From positions 2,969,617 to 3,033,616 of the forward strand of contig OY762614.1 in assembly GCA_963666145.1 (NCBI GenBank): 64,000 nucleotides of DNA, written 5' to 3'. How positions within the stretch are numbered: position 1 is the stretch's first letter; each line of letters begins with the position of its first letter. Under the pieces are notes generated by a model. It ran no database searches. It was given only the letters and a program-made list of their open reading frames with translations, and was not told the origin of the DNA. The DNA comes from an uncultured Desulfobacter sp. (lineage in GTDB: Bacteria; Desulfobacterota; Desulfobacteria; Desulfobacterales; Desulfobacteraceae). Positions 29,232-37,914 of the stretch are shown piece after piece. The position numbers were made by a program, and so were the translations under genes.

Positions 29232-30461
29232 ATGCAACTAACTGGATTAAAATACGGAAAGCAATTGATGGACACGGTTGATTTCCCCGTAGCAGAGACC
29301 CTGACAGAAAATGCTACCAAAGAACAGATTGAAGCGCTGATCAAAAAAGGCGGAAAAGTTGTTGTTAAACCGTCTTTCATGGGCAGTGCCGGTAAAAAAG
29401 GCAAAGCCGGACTGGTAAAAATTGTCGACAACTATGCAGACGCCAACCAAGCCAGAAAAGACCTTTGTTTTGCCGAATATAAGCAAGGCAATACGACACA
29501 TAAAGCAAACGGTTGCACATTTGAAGAATTTGTAGCCTCCGATGCAGAAATTTATGTAAGTATTACAACTTCTACCATCACCAGAACCCCGACCATGCTG
29601 TTGATTGTTGAAGGTGGTGTTGAAGTTGAAGAACTGCCTGCTGACAAAAAAGCCATCGTTCCCTTTAACCCCAATGAAGGCCTCAGAGGCTATCATATCA
29701 ATGACGCATTGATTAAACTGGGATGCCCGAAACCTTTCATCAGCCCGCTGGTACAGCAGCTTCCCAAACTGTGGGATCTTTATAACAATTATGGTCTGAC
29801 CATGATTGAGCTTAACCCCATTCGTATGAAAAAAGGCAAACGCCCCCTTCCGGTTGCATGTGACGTTAAAGCCGCATTTGACCAGGACGATCCCGCACAT
29901 ACCCGTATCAAATTCCCGAAAGAAGTATTTGCTACCGAACTGACTGATTTCGAAACTGAAATCAACCAGCTGAGAACCTATCAGGGACAGAGCGACGTTG
30001 TGGAACTGAACCCCAACGGAACCATCCTGCCCTTCATGTTCGGTGGTGGTGCCAACAGTGCTGCCACTGAGGTTCTGGGTGACAAAGCGATGTTCTCATC
30101 CGACTTTGGTGGAAACCCGCCCTATGCAAAGATGAAAGAAATAGCAAGCATTTGTTACAGACACTTCCTGAAAAATGCCAATATTGTTCAGATTATTGGT
30201 GGTAAAGCCAACAACACCGATATTTTCGTTACCATCAAAGCAATGCTGGACGCCTTGAGAGAAAACATTGCACTGAATCCTGATGTTCAGGTTGTAATCG
30301 GTCGTGGTGGTCCAAACGTTGTGCAGGGAATGATTTATGCCCGTGACCTTCTTGACAGTATGAAAGTTCCTTATAAAATGTTCGGTTTCGACAGTAGTAT
30401 GATTGGCGTATTGAATTACACCATGGAACTGGATAACTGGATTATAGCAAATAAAAAATAA
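29232..30461 (+). CDS. aclB: ATP-citrate lyase, ATP-grasp/citrate-binding (beta) subunit
   Basis: SCS-beta-like ATP-grasp (VVVKP...GKKGKAGLV, IELNP), DFGGNP, GGKANNTD (ACL ANFT-like loop), GRGGPN; strong RBS GGAGG. Confidence 0.85.
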   Translation: MQLTGLKYGKQLMDTVDFPVAETLTENATKEQIEALIKKGGKVVVKPSFMGSAGKKGKAGLVKIVDNYADANQARKDLCFAEYKQGNTTHKANGCTFEEFVASDAEIYVSITTSTITRTPTMLLIVEGGVEVEELPADKKAIVPFNPNEGLRGYHINDALIKLGCPKPFISPLVQQLPKLWDLYNNYGLTMIELNPIRMKKGKRPLPVACDVKAAFDQDDPAHTRIKFPKEVFATELTDFETEINQLRTYQGQSDVVELNPNGTILPFMFGGGANSAATEVLGDKAMFSSDFGGNPPYAKMKEIASICYRHFLKNANIVQIIGGKANNTDIFVTIKAMLDALRENIALNPDVQVVIGRGGPNVVQGMIYARDLLDSMKVPYKMFGFDSSMIGVLNYTMELDNWIIANKK

Positions 30462-30570
30462 TTTAATTGCTTAATCAGGACAAAGGTCAAAGGTAATCTG
30501 AAGATTTAACTATAAATCAAAAGCATTTTAGCAAATTAACCAGAAAATAAATCATTTTATTGGAGACGCT

Positions 30571-33291
30571 ATGAGCCAAAGTAATCCCTTCCCCTACTAC
30601 GTGGGAGTAAATAATCTACAAGAAATAGCAAATAAAGAGACCCGGTGCGTCGTGATGAACATTCTGGGTGGTGAAAGTAAAGGCGTAACCCCCACATCAC
30701 ATGAATTCTCCGGCGGTAACATTGTTGCTGGTGTTCAATACGGCAAATCCGGTGGAAAACTGGAAACCAAAATCGGTGATATTCCTGCATACGGCAGTAT
30801 TAAAGAAATCGTTGACGCCGGCATCAAATTTGATACAGGCGTTATCTACCTGCCCCCCACAGCTGTTGCAGCTGCTGCAGCCGAACTGATTGCCCAGAAC
30901 CCCGATCTGACCAAAATCGTTATCCTGACTGAAAAAGTTGGTGTTAAAGATGCAGCGTTCATCCGAGCCATCGCCCAGGAAAACAAAATTGACGTATTCG
31001 GCGGCAATTGCCTCGGTATTGGTAACTCCTGGGATCAGGTTCGTGTTGGTGGCGCCTTGGGCGGCAACAACCCCGGTGAATCCCTTGTAAAAGGTTCCGT
31101 TGCTGTTTTCAGTAACTCCGGTAACTTCAGTACCACCATCCCCGAGTACCTGAAAACTGCTGGTTTCGGTACATCCACTGTACTGAGCTCCGGTAAAGAC
31201 CTTTATATCCACTTTGCCTTCCCCGAATTCCTCTACTGCGCAGAAAATGATCCCCGCACCAAAGCGATCTTCTGCTACATTGAGCCCGGCGGATATTATG
31301 AAAAACTGGCTCTTGACTGGATTGCCGACGGCACCATCAAGCTGACCAAACCCATCGTAGCTTGCGTTACCGGTCGCTGGAAAGCAAACCTGAGCCGCGC
31401 GGTTGGTCATGCCGGCGCCATCGCTGGTGGCGGTGACGATGCCCTTGCAAAAGAGAAATGGTTTGATTCATACTTTGGCGTGGATATGTTCAACCCTGAA
31501 AGCCCCAAAGCTGGCAAAAAGGGTGTCAGAATTGAATCCATCCAGGATGCCCCGACAGCTATGGCTGCCGTTTACAAAGAGATTGGTGAAGGCACCGACT
31601 TTGAACCGTTTGGTGATCTGAGCCTGAAACCCTGGTTTGTAAACGAGCAGGGTCTGGATTTACCGGCAAAATTGCACATGGAAGCCGTTGAAGCCATGGC
31701 TCCCTACAACGAAGCCATCAAAAAACTTGGCAACCAGGTAGGCGCCCAGCTGACCAGAGAAGTTATGCGCAACAAGTCAGGCGCCAGCCGCATGAACCCG
31801 AAAACCGACGTTACTGAAGTTCACGGCGTTCCGGTTCTCGATCTTGTTGTTAAGAAGTTTGCTCTTTCCAACTTCTTTGCTGTATCTTCTGTAATGCCCG
31901 ATGAGAAATATCTTCCCCTGGCAAACGCCATCCTGAACTATTTCACAGCTCTGGGTTCACAGTACATGGACATCACAGCCCGTGCCCGTGCTAACGGCGC
32001 TCTGCCCAACGCATACCTCGGTGCTGCAGTTCTGACATCCGGTCAGTGTAAACTGTACCAGGATATGACAGAAATGACCAAGAAGATGATCGAACTCTTC
32101 TATGTTGATATCTATGGCGATGCTTCTCCCAACGAAGCACTTGCTGCTGAAAAAGCAAACCAGAAGATTATGCCCCAGGGCGAAACCACTGCAAAAGAAG
32201 CAGAAGTCGCAGCATTTTTTGGCGACCTGTTGAAAAAAGAAGGCCTGGAAACAGTCTTCACCCAGTATGCCCAGAAATATGCGGCAGCAAACAGCGATGT
32301 AAACAAACTGAGCCTGCTTCTGGCTGCCATGTCCTTAAGCGTTATCTGGACTCCGCTTGTTGACAGACAGATGACTGTTGAAACCGCTTACGAAATTGCC
32401 ACCTACCTGGCATGTAACGGTGTTCTGGTTGGCTGCTGCGCTCCCCAGTATGAAATAAACGATTTCTACAAATCACTGTCATCACTTAGCGATGTGTCCA
32501 TCCTGAATACTGATTTTGCAACAACCGTATTCAAACTGCTGTTCAACCGTGAACCGGTTGATAGAGAACAGTTTGCCATCAACGGTCTGCTCAACCTGCT
32601 GATGTCCAACGGCCCCGGCACTATTTCTGCCAAGGGTTCCAAGGAATCCGTATCCGGTGGTAACCCCATCGCTACATGCTACTCCGGCTGGATGAACAAC
32701 ACCGGTCGTGACCATGGCGGCAACGGTTTTGAAGCCATCAAGTTCCTCAAAGACGCCTTCGGCGAATTTGACCCGTACCTGGAACCCGATGATGCAAAAC
32801 GCGATGCCATCATGAAAGACCTGGCACAGGCGACTGCAAACAAATATCTGGAAACCAAACAGACAGCAAAACGCGAAGGTATCATGAACTACTTCAAGGT
32901 TCCTTGCGTAAACCATCCTGTATTCAAAGGGAAACCTGTCAACTACGATCCGCGTGAAGTTTTCATGGACAAACTGTTCACTGAAAGAAACGAGATCAAC
33001 CACTTCCAGGTATTCTATCATCACCTGGTTAAAGCGATGTTTGAAGTTGGCGCCACCAAGAACGTATTCTGCGTTAACATTGACGGCGTTATTGCAACCA
33101 TCTCTCTTGACCTTCTGTGGAAAGACGTAAACAGCGGAAAAATCGACGCCAAAGCTATGCAGGACATCGCTTTCATGATGTTCCTCCTTGGCCGTATGGT
33201 AGGTTGCTCTGCTGAAATTGCTGACCACAAATCTCGTGGTAACATCATGGATTGCCGTACTCCTGCAAGCCAGGTTGAATTTGTTGGCTAA
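30571..33291 (+). CDS. aclA: ATP-citrate lyase alpha subunit, long (906 aa) form
   Basis: SCS-alpha-like CoA-binding/ligase part with the phospho-His motif GHAGA, then citrate-synthase-like modules with NGPG, DHGG, VNHP, DPR, NIDG. Confidence 0.85.
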   Translation: MSQSNPFPYYVGVNNLQEIANKETRCVVMNILGGESKGVTPTSHEFSGGNIVAGVQYGKSGGKLETKIGDIPAYGSIKEIVDAGIKFDTGVIYLPPTAVAAAAAELIAQNPDLTKIVILTEKVGVKDAAFIRAIAQENKIDVFGGNCLGIGNSWDQVRVGGALGGNNPGESLVKGSVAVFSNSGNFSTTIPEYLKTAGFGTSTVLSSGKDLYIHFAFPEFLYCAENDPRTKAIFCYIEPGGYYEKLALDWIADGTIKLTKPIVACVTGRWKANLSRAVGHAGAIAGGGDDALAKEKWFDSYFGVDMFNPESPKAGKKGVRIESIQDAPTAMAAVYKEIGEGTDFEPFGDLSLKPWFVNEQGLDLPAKLHMEAVEAMAPYNEAIKKLGNQVGAQLTREVMRNKSGASRMNPKTDVTEVHGVPVLDLVVKKFALSNFFAVSSVMPDEKYLPLANAILNYFTALGSQYMDITARARANGALPNAYLGAAVLTSGQCKLYQDMTEMTKKMIELFYVDIYGDASPNEALAAEKANQKIMPQGETTAKEAEVAAFFGDLLKKEGLETVFTQYAQKYAAANSDVNKLSLLLAAMSLSVIWTPLVDRQMTVETAYEIATYLACNGVLVGCCAPQYEINDFYKSLSSLSDVSILNTDFATTVFKLLFNREPVDREQFAINGLLNLLMSNGPGTISAKGSKESVSGGNPIATCYSGWMNNTGRDHGGNGFEAIKFLKDAFGEFDPYLEPDDAKRDAIMKDLAQATANKYLETKQTAKREGIMNYFKVPCVNHPVFKGKPVNYDPREVFMDKLFTERNEINHFQVFYHHLVKAMFEVGATKNVFCVNIDGVIATISLDLLWKDVNSGKIDAKAMQDIAFMMFLLGRMVGCSAEIADHKSRGNIMDCRTPASQVEFVG

Positions 33292-33341
33292 GAGTCAATC
33301 ACGATAAATAATAAAATTAATTTTAATTTTATTATATAATC

Positions 33342-33381
33342 AAAAAACTGAGCAAGGTGTTAAAACCTTGCTCAGTTTTTT
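33342..33381 (+). terminator. Rho-independent terminator of aclBA
   Basis: AAAAAACTGAGCAAGG-N8-CCTTGCTCAGTTTTTT. Confidence 0.9.
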
Positions 33382-33551
33382 TATTTTCTGCAATCATCTT
33401 TCTACAGTCACTTCGGCTTTTTTTCTGCTGCCATATATAATTTCCTGAGGCAGTTTTTCCTTTTGTTGTGGGGATATGGATAGTTTTAAGTGGAATATCC
33501 TGCATGGTTCTGCTATCAATAATTAGATGAATTTCAAAGAAATTATTAATT

Positions 33552-33567
33552 TGTTTCACATGAAACT
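33552..33567. other. parS-like site TGTTTCACATGAAACT
   Basis: 2 mismatches to TGTTTCACGTGAAACA. Confidence 0.6.
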
Positions 33568-33625
33568 GTAAACAGTCCACAACTAAAATATTCGTATGAT
33601 TTCATAAGAGAAAAGGAACGGTTTT

Positions 33626-34138
33626 GTGAAGGGGTATGTTCAGGTATACACCGGTAATGGTAAGGGGAAAACAACCGCAAGTATTGGGCTTGCTGTCAGA
33701 GCCGCCGGGGCCGGGCTCAAGGTGTTCATTGTTCAGTTTATGAAACAGGGAATGTATTCTGAAATAAAAGCACTTAATACAATAGATAATATTTTTGTGG
33801 AGCAATATGGCGCCGGGCAATTTGTAAAGGGGAAACCATCTGACGCAGAGATTGCTAAATGCCGACAGGGGTATGATCGATTGTGCCAAATAATTGAAGA
33901 TGGAAAACATGATCTTGTTATCGCTGAGGAGGCGAATATTGCCTGTTTTTGCGGCTTGCTTTCCGAGCAGGATCTGTTGCATCTGATCGATATAAAACCT
34001 GATCATATCGAGCTTGTGATGACAGGGCGGGGTGCTCCCACCGTAGTTGTGGATAGAGCCGATCTTGTAACGGAAATGACGGAGATAAAACATTATTATC
34101 AGCAAGGAGTCGCAGCCAGGGTTGGCATTGAAAAATGA
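33626..34138 (+). CDS. cobO: Cob(I)yrinic acid a,c-diamide adenosyltransferase
   Basis: QVYTGNGKGKTTAS, VQFMK, MTGRGAP, ADLVTEM.EIKHYY. Confidence 0.92.
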   Translation: MKGYVQVYTGNGKGKTTASIGLAVRAAGAGLKVFIVQFMKQGMYSEIKALNTIDNIFVEQYGAGQFVKGKPSDAEIAKCRQGYDRLCQIIEDGKHDLVIAEEANIACFCGLLSEQDLLHLIDIKPDHIELVMTGRGAPTVVVDRADLVTEMTEIKHYYQQGVAARVGIEK

Positions 34139-36170
34139 CATAAAAAAAATCAATGCGGGGCAGGTGGAAAAAATTCCGACATTGGCAGATCTCGCATTAA
34201 AGTATGGTACGATTTCTAAGGATCAGCATGCTCATTTGTTAAAGTTATTTGCTTTTAAACATGAGCGGGTTGGGTTTGAGGAACTGTTGCGTGATGAAGG
34301 GATGGCCACGGAGTATCAACTGGAATTACTTATGTTGATAAGGGAATATCGAATTGTACGCAAAAGCGGCGAAGAATTCGGTAAGATTGCAGTTGAAAAA
34401 GGCCTTGCGACCAAGGTTGATATTAACCAGGCATTGGCATTACAGAAAGATGAATTTAAAAAGTCCCGACATAAAAAACTTATCGGGGACATTCTTGTTG
34501 AAAACAGAATCTTAACGGTAAAACAAAAAGACCTGATACTTAAAGAGCAGGATTTGTTTAATCGAAAAGATTCTGACCCAATTAATGGAAAAAGCAAATC
34601 ACATGAAACAGAGGAAGAGAGCAGGGGCGGAGACGATGAAAAACAATCAGAAATAAGTGTTGTTGCAAGTTCAGATCATTTGTCGGCTTGGGTGGAAATA
34701 CACCGTTTTGTTGAAACCAGCATCACATTAAACCATGTGAAAGATGCTGTTATGAATGCTGGTATTGTTAATGGTGTTTACCCTGATGCTTTTATTCAAT
34801 GCTTTCTTGATGCGGGTGTTGATAAATTTCCTGTTGCCTGGGTGGATTGTAATGATGTGTTGGCCCAGCAATGCCGTCTTGCTGTCTATGTCGAAGAAGA
34901 AAACGGAAAATCCATTGAGAAAAAAAAAGGTGAAGTCCTTGCCGAACTATCCCGTGTCGCGAACACCGTTCAAATTCAAAATTTGTACGGAGAGCCTATA
35001 ACCGTTTCAGCCGAAAATGATCTGGTCGTCTCTTGCGGCGAACATACCAGATGGTCCAGGGACAAGTTAAAAATTCTTGCCGTAACTTCAGGACGCCCCG
35101 CATTTTCATTTACCCGAAATATGTTCATTCATCCAGTGGTGAATATCCTGGAAGATGCTGATTATCGTTTCGGTCCCATTGAGCCCTACGCTGATTTGTC
35201 AGTGTCCGGAAAAATTACCGGTGCGTATTCAATAACCGCAGGCAATATTAAAGCCGAGGAAATCCGGGGGGCAAATATAGATGCTTTGGGCGATGTTCAT
35301 GCACTGGTTGGTATTACGGAAGCAACGATCCGTACCCAGGGAGATGTGTATGCCCGCTACATTCATAACAGTACAATAGAAACCTTTGGTAATGTATATG
35401 TGGAAAATGAGATCATTGATACGCGGATCAGGTGCAGCGGAAAAATTGAAAGTCCAAAATGCCGGGTGATCTCGTCGAAAATTTATGCCAAGGGGGGGGG
35501 GCTTTTTTTAGGGGTGGGAAGTGATCGATCTAGACCAACGACGGTTGTTGCCGGATCAGAACACCATATCGTTGCCCTTGTTCAAAAAGTATTGGGGAAA
35601 ATGAATACGGTTCTTGGTAAATTAGAGGCACTTGAAGAAGAAAAGCGCGATCATGAATTTCAGGCTGAAAAAATTTTTAAGAAAATGATTGAACTTAAAA
35701 CCTTTCATGACAAGTCAAAGAAAAAAAAGGATACCTTGTTATCTGAACTTGAAAAAAAAAAGAAAGATATAAATAATAAAATTTTGACCAACATTCAAAA
35801 ATTGGTTTCAAGCTATGATAGACGAATGAATAGTTCTCTTGCATCGTTGAAATCGATGAATGTTTCAAAAAAAGCGCATGATTCAAGTGTGGTTGAACTG
35901 GATACAAAAATTACCATTGCGAAGGCCCAGGCAGAAAAAGAGATCCGTTCACATGAAAAAATCCTTTTTGCATATATGGAAAAATCAAAAGAAACCGCCG
36001 GCGTTCCGATGATTGAGATCAAAGGGCGTGCATATGCCGGCACCATGCTGGGTGGTGTTTATCGAATTTGTGCCTTAATGGACGATAAAACCGGTTTTAA
36101 GGTTGAAGAAGTTGTGCGTCAAAATCAAACTACTGAATTAAAATTTACGCCGCCCTTGCCGACATCATGA
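34122..36170 (+). CDS. FapA (DUF342) family protein with N-terminal MshEN-like repeats
   Basis: Beta-helical G-rich repeats (GDVHA..GI..A.I...GDVYARYI.NS.I...GNVYV), long coiled coil, C-terminal beta domain; N-terminal [FI]GxxxVxxG/R...Q repeats. Confidence 0.7.
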   Translation: MALKNDIKKINAGQVEKIPTLADLALKYGTISKDQHAHLLKLFAFKHERVGFEELLRDEGMATEYQLELLMLIREYRIVRKSGEEFGKIAVEKGLATKVDINQALALQKDEFKKSRHKKLIGDILVENRILTVKQKDLILKEQDLFNRKDSDPINGKSKSHETEEESRGGDDEKQSEISVVASSDHLSAWVEIHRFVETSITLNHVKDAVMNAGIVNGVYPDAFIQCFLDAGVDKFPVAWVDCNDVLAQQCRLAVYVEEENGKSIEKKKGEVLAELSRVANTVQIQNLYGEPITVSAENDLVVSCGEHTRWSRDKLKILAVTSGRPAFSFTRNMFIHPVVNILEDADYRFGPIEPYADLSVSGKITGAYSITAGNIKAEEIRGANIDALGDVHALVGITEATIRTQGDVYARYIHNSTIETFGNVYVENEIIDTRIRCSGKIESPKCRVISSKIYAKGGGLFLGVGSDRSRPTTVVAGSEHHIVALVQKVLGKMNTVLGKLEALEEEKRDHEFQAEKIFKKMIELKTFHDKSKKKKDTLLSELEKKKKDINNKILTNIQKLVSSYDRRMNSSLASLKSMNVSKKAHDSSVVELDTKITIAKAQAEKEIRSHEKILFAYMEKSKETAGVPMIEIKGRAYAGTMLGGVYRICALMDDKTGFKVEEVVRQNQTTELKFTPPLPTS

Positions 36171-36770
36171 GGATTTCAGATTGATATGAAATAAAGAAGC
36201 GTGGACTGCCCCTGAGGGTAAAAGCTTACTTTTTATCAGATGTACCTGGTCAACAGAAATTTTTAAGCGGTCTGTTTTTATTCCAATCGCTTTTTTTATC
36301 AGGCTTGGTTTTGAGCAATGGCGCACCCGGGATAGGGTGATGTGCGGTGAGAATCTTTTTTCTTTTGCAAGCTTGAGGTCTTTATTTAGTCTTGACTCTA
36401 TATCCTGCTGTAAAGTGAATAATTCCTGATTTGGTTTGTCCGGTCCAACCCAGATTATTTTGGGATGGTGTGCATCGGGAAAAACGCCAAGACGGTTAAA
36501 GGAAATATCAAAACTTGCCTTACCCGTAACCGCTTCAGAAAGTATTGATTTCATGTCGGGTAGTGTCTGTTCGGGGATTTCACCGAGAAATTTTAAAGTG
36601 AGATGAAAGTTGTCTGCCGCGGGCCATCCTGCATGGATGCCTGTGGCGCGAATATCGGTTTGGATTCGACGTAGTTGTGATTTGATCTGTTCGTCAAGAA
36701 GAATGGCAACAAAACACCTGATTTTTGCATTCACGTTTTGATTTTTATGAAAATTCAAGCGTCTCTCCAA
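36165..36770 (-). CDS. thpR: RNA 2',3'-cyclic phosphodiesterase (2H family)
   Basis: RCFVAI, FHLTLKFLG, FSPHITLSR. Confidence 0.92.
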   Translation of the reverse strand: MERRLNFHKNQNVNAKIRCFVAILLDEQIKSQLRRIQTDIRATGIHAGWPAADNFHLTLKFLGEIPEQTLPDMKSILSEAVTGKASFDISFNRLGVFPDAHHPKIIWVGPDKPNQELFTLQQDIESRLNKDLKLAKEKRFSPHITLSRVRHCSKPSLIKKAIGIKTDRLKISVDQVHLIKSKLLPSGAVHASLFHINLKSS

Positions 36771-36772
36771 AA

Positions 36773-36788
36773 TGTTTCATGTGAAACA
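36773..36788. other. parS-like site TGTTTCATGTGAAACA
   Basis: 1 mismatch to the parS consensus. Confidence 0.7.
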
Positions 36789-36849
36789 AAATCTGTGTAA
36801 CAATCACTAACCGATGTTAATTTGTTTGAAAATCACAAATAATATAAGC

Positions 36850-37908
36850 CTAAAAGATGCGGGCATGAACCTTATCTATTTCCAGAGTGTCCACGCGTTC
36901 AATGGTAAAAGAGGTTTCTGGGTATTTTCGGGACAGCCGTTCGAGATTGGTTTTACGATCACCCTGAAGCCGGGATAAAGATCTCGGGTTGACTTGAAGC
37001 ACAATGCTTGTTTGTTCATTTGAGGTGCCAACACTTTTCCAACGACCTATAGCCGCATCAATATTATCACATGCCTGATCAAACATGAGAGCAGATAAAA
37101 CCAGATGGCCAAAGGCGGGGTGCCATGGCCCTGCAAGCATCTGTCTGGTATCTTCCATCATTTCTGTGGCCTGCAGTCCAATGCGTGCCACAGATACGCC
37201 TGCCCGCCTAAAAATTGTGACCATCTTTTTTGTCTGATCAACAGCCTGGTCAAGACTTAATGGTACGTAGCGTCCCGATTGGTACCAGTGAGCGAGTTTA
37301 GATCCGTGCAGCACCAGAAGTGGATAGATCCTGGCAAGATCCGGCTTGAGCTCTGCAAGCATTTGTGCTGTAAGAACGGATCCAGCATCGTCGTCTCCAG
37401 GTAGTCCAATCATCACCTGTATCCCGGTTTTAAGGTCGTTCTCCTTGAGTAAAGCAAGGGCGTTTCGTGTGTCTTCGCTGGTATGCCCCCTTTCTGCCAG
37501 GGCAAGCACACGATCATCCATGGATTGAACGCCTAACTCTACCGTATCAAGACCAAAGGGCCGGACAAGGTCTATGGTCTGGGGGGTGACGGTATCCGGC
37601 CGTGTGGAGCAACGAATGCCATGGATTTGTCCACGCCGGATCCACGGTTGTACCGCCTCTAATAGTCCAAGTATCCGCGATGTTTCAAGGCCAAGAAAAT
37701 TGCCTCCAAAAAAGGCCAGCTCAACCCGGGAACGATTTTTTTTAAATTGAAGATACGTTTGGATAACGTCATCAAGTCGGGATGTTTCATGTGAAATCGT
37801 CTGAACTTTCGAGGTCTGGTTCGCGATCAGGCGTTGGTTGCAGAAAATACATAGATGGGGACAGCCTTGGTGGGGAATAAAGAACGGAATTACCAGGGGC
37901 GGAGACAT
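36850..37908 (-). CDS. Radical SAM protein (Elp3/YhcC/HemN-like, rnc-associated type)
   Basis: GCPHLCIFCNQ (CxxxCxxC), FFGGNF, STRPD, ELGVQS, MIGLPGD, RIYP. Confidence 0.9.
   Translation of the reverse strand: MSPPLVIPFFIPHQGCPHLCIFCNQRLIANQTSKVQTISHETSRLDDVIQTYLQFKKNRSRVELAFFGGNFLGLETSRILGLLEAVQPWIRRGQIHGIRCSTRPDTVTPQTIDLVRPFGLDTVELGVQSMDDRVLALAERGHTSEDTRNALALLKENDLKTGIQVMIGLPGDDDAGSVLTAQMLAELKPDLARIYPLLVLHGSKLAHWYQSGRYVPLSLDQAVDQTKKMVTIFRRAGVSVARIGLQATEMMEDTRQMLAGPWHPAFGHLVLSALMFDQACDNIDAAIGRWKSVGTSNEQTSIVLQVNPRSLSRLQGDRKTNLERLSRKYPETSFTIERVDTLEIDKVHARIF
37783..37798. other. parS-like site TGTTTCATGTGAAATC (inside a CDS)
   Basis: 3 mismatches; same TTTCATGTGAAA core. Confidence 0.45.
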
Positions 37909-37914
37909 GACGGC

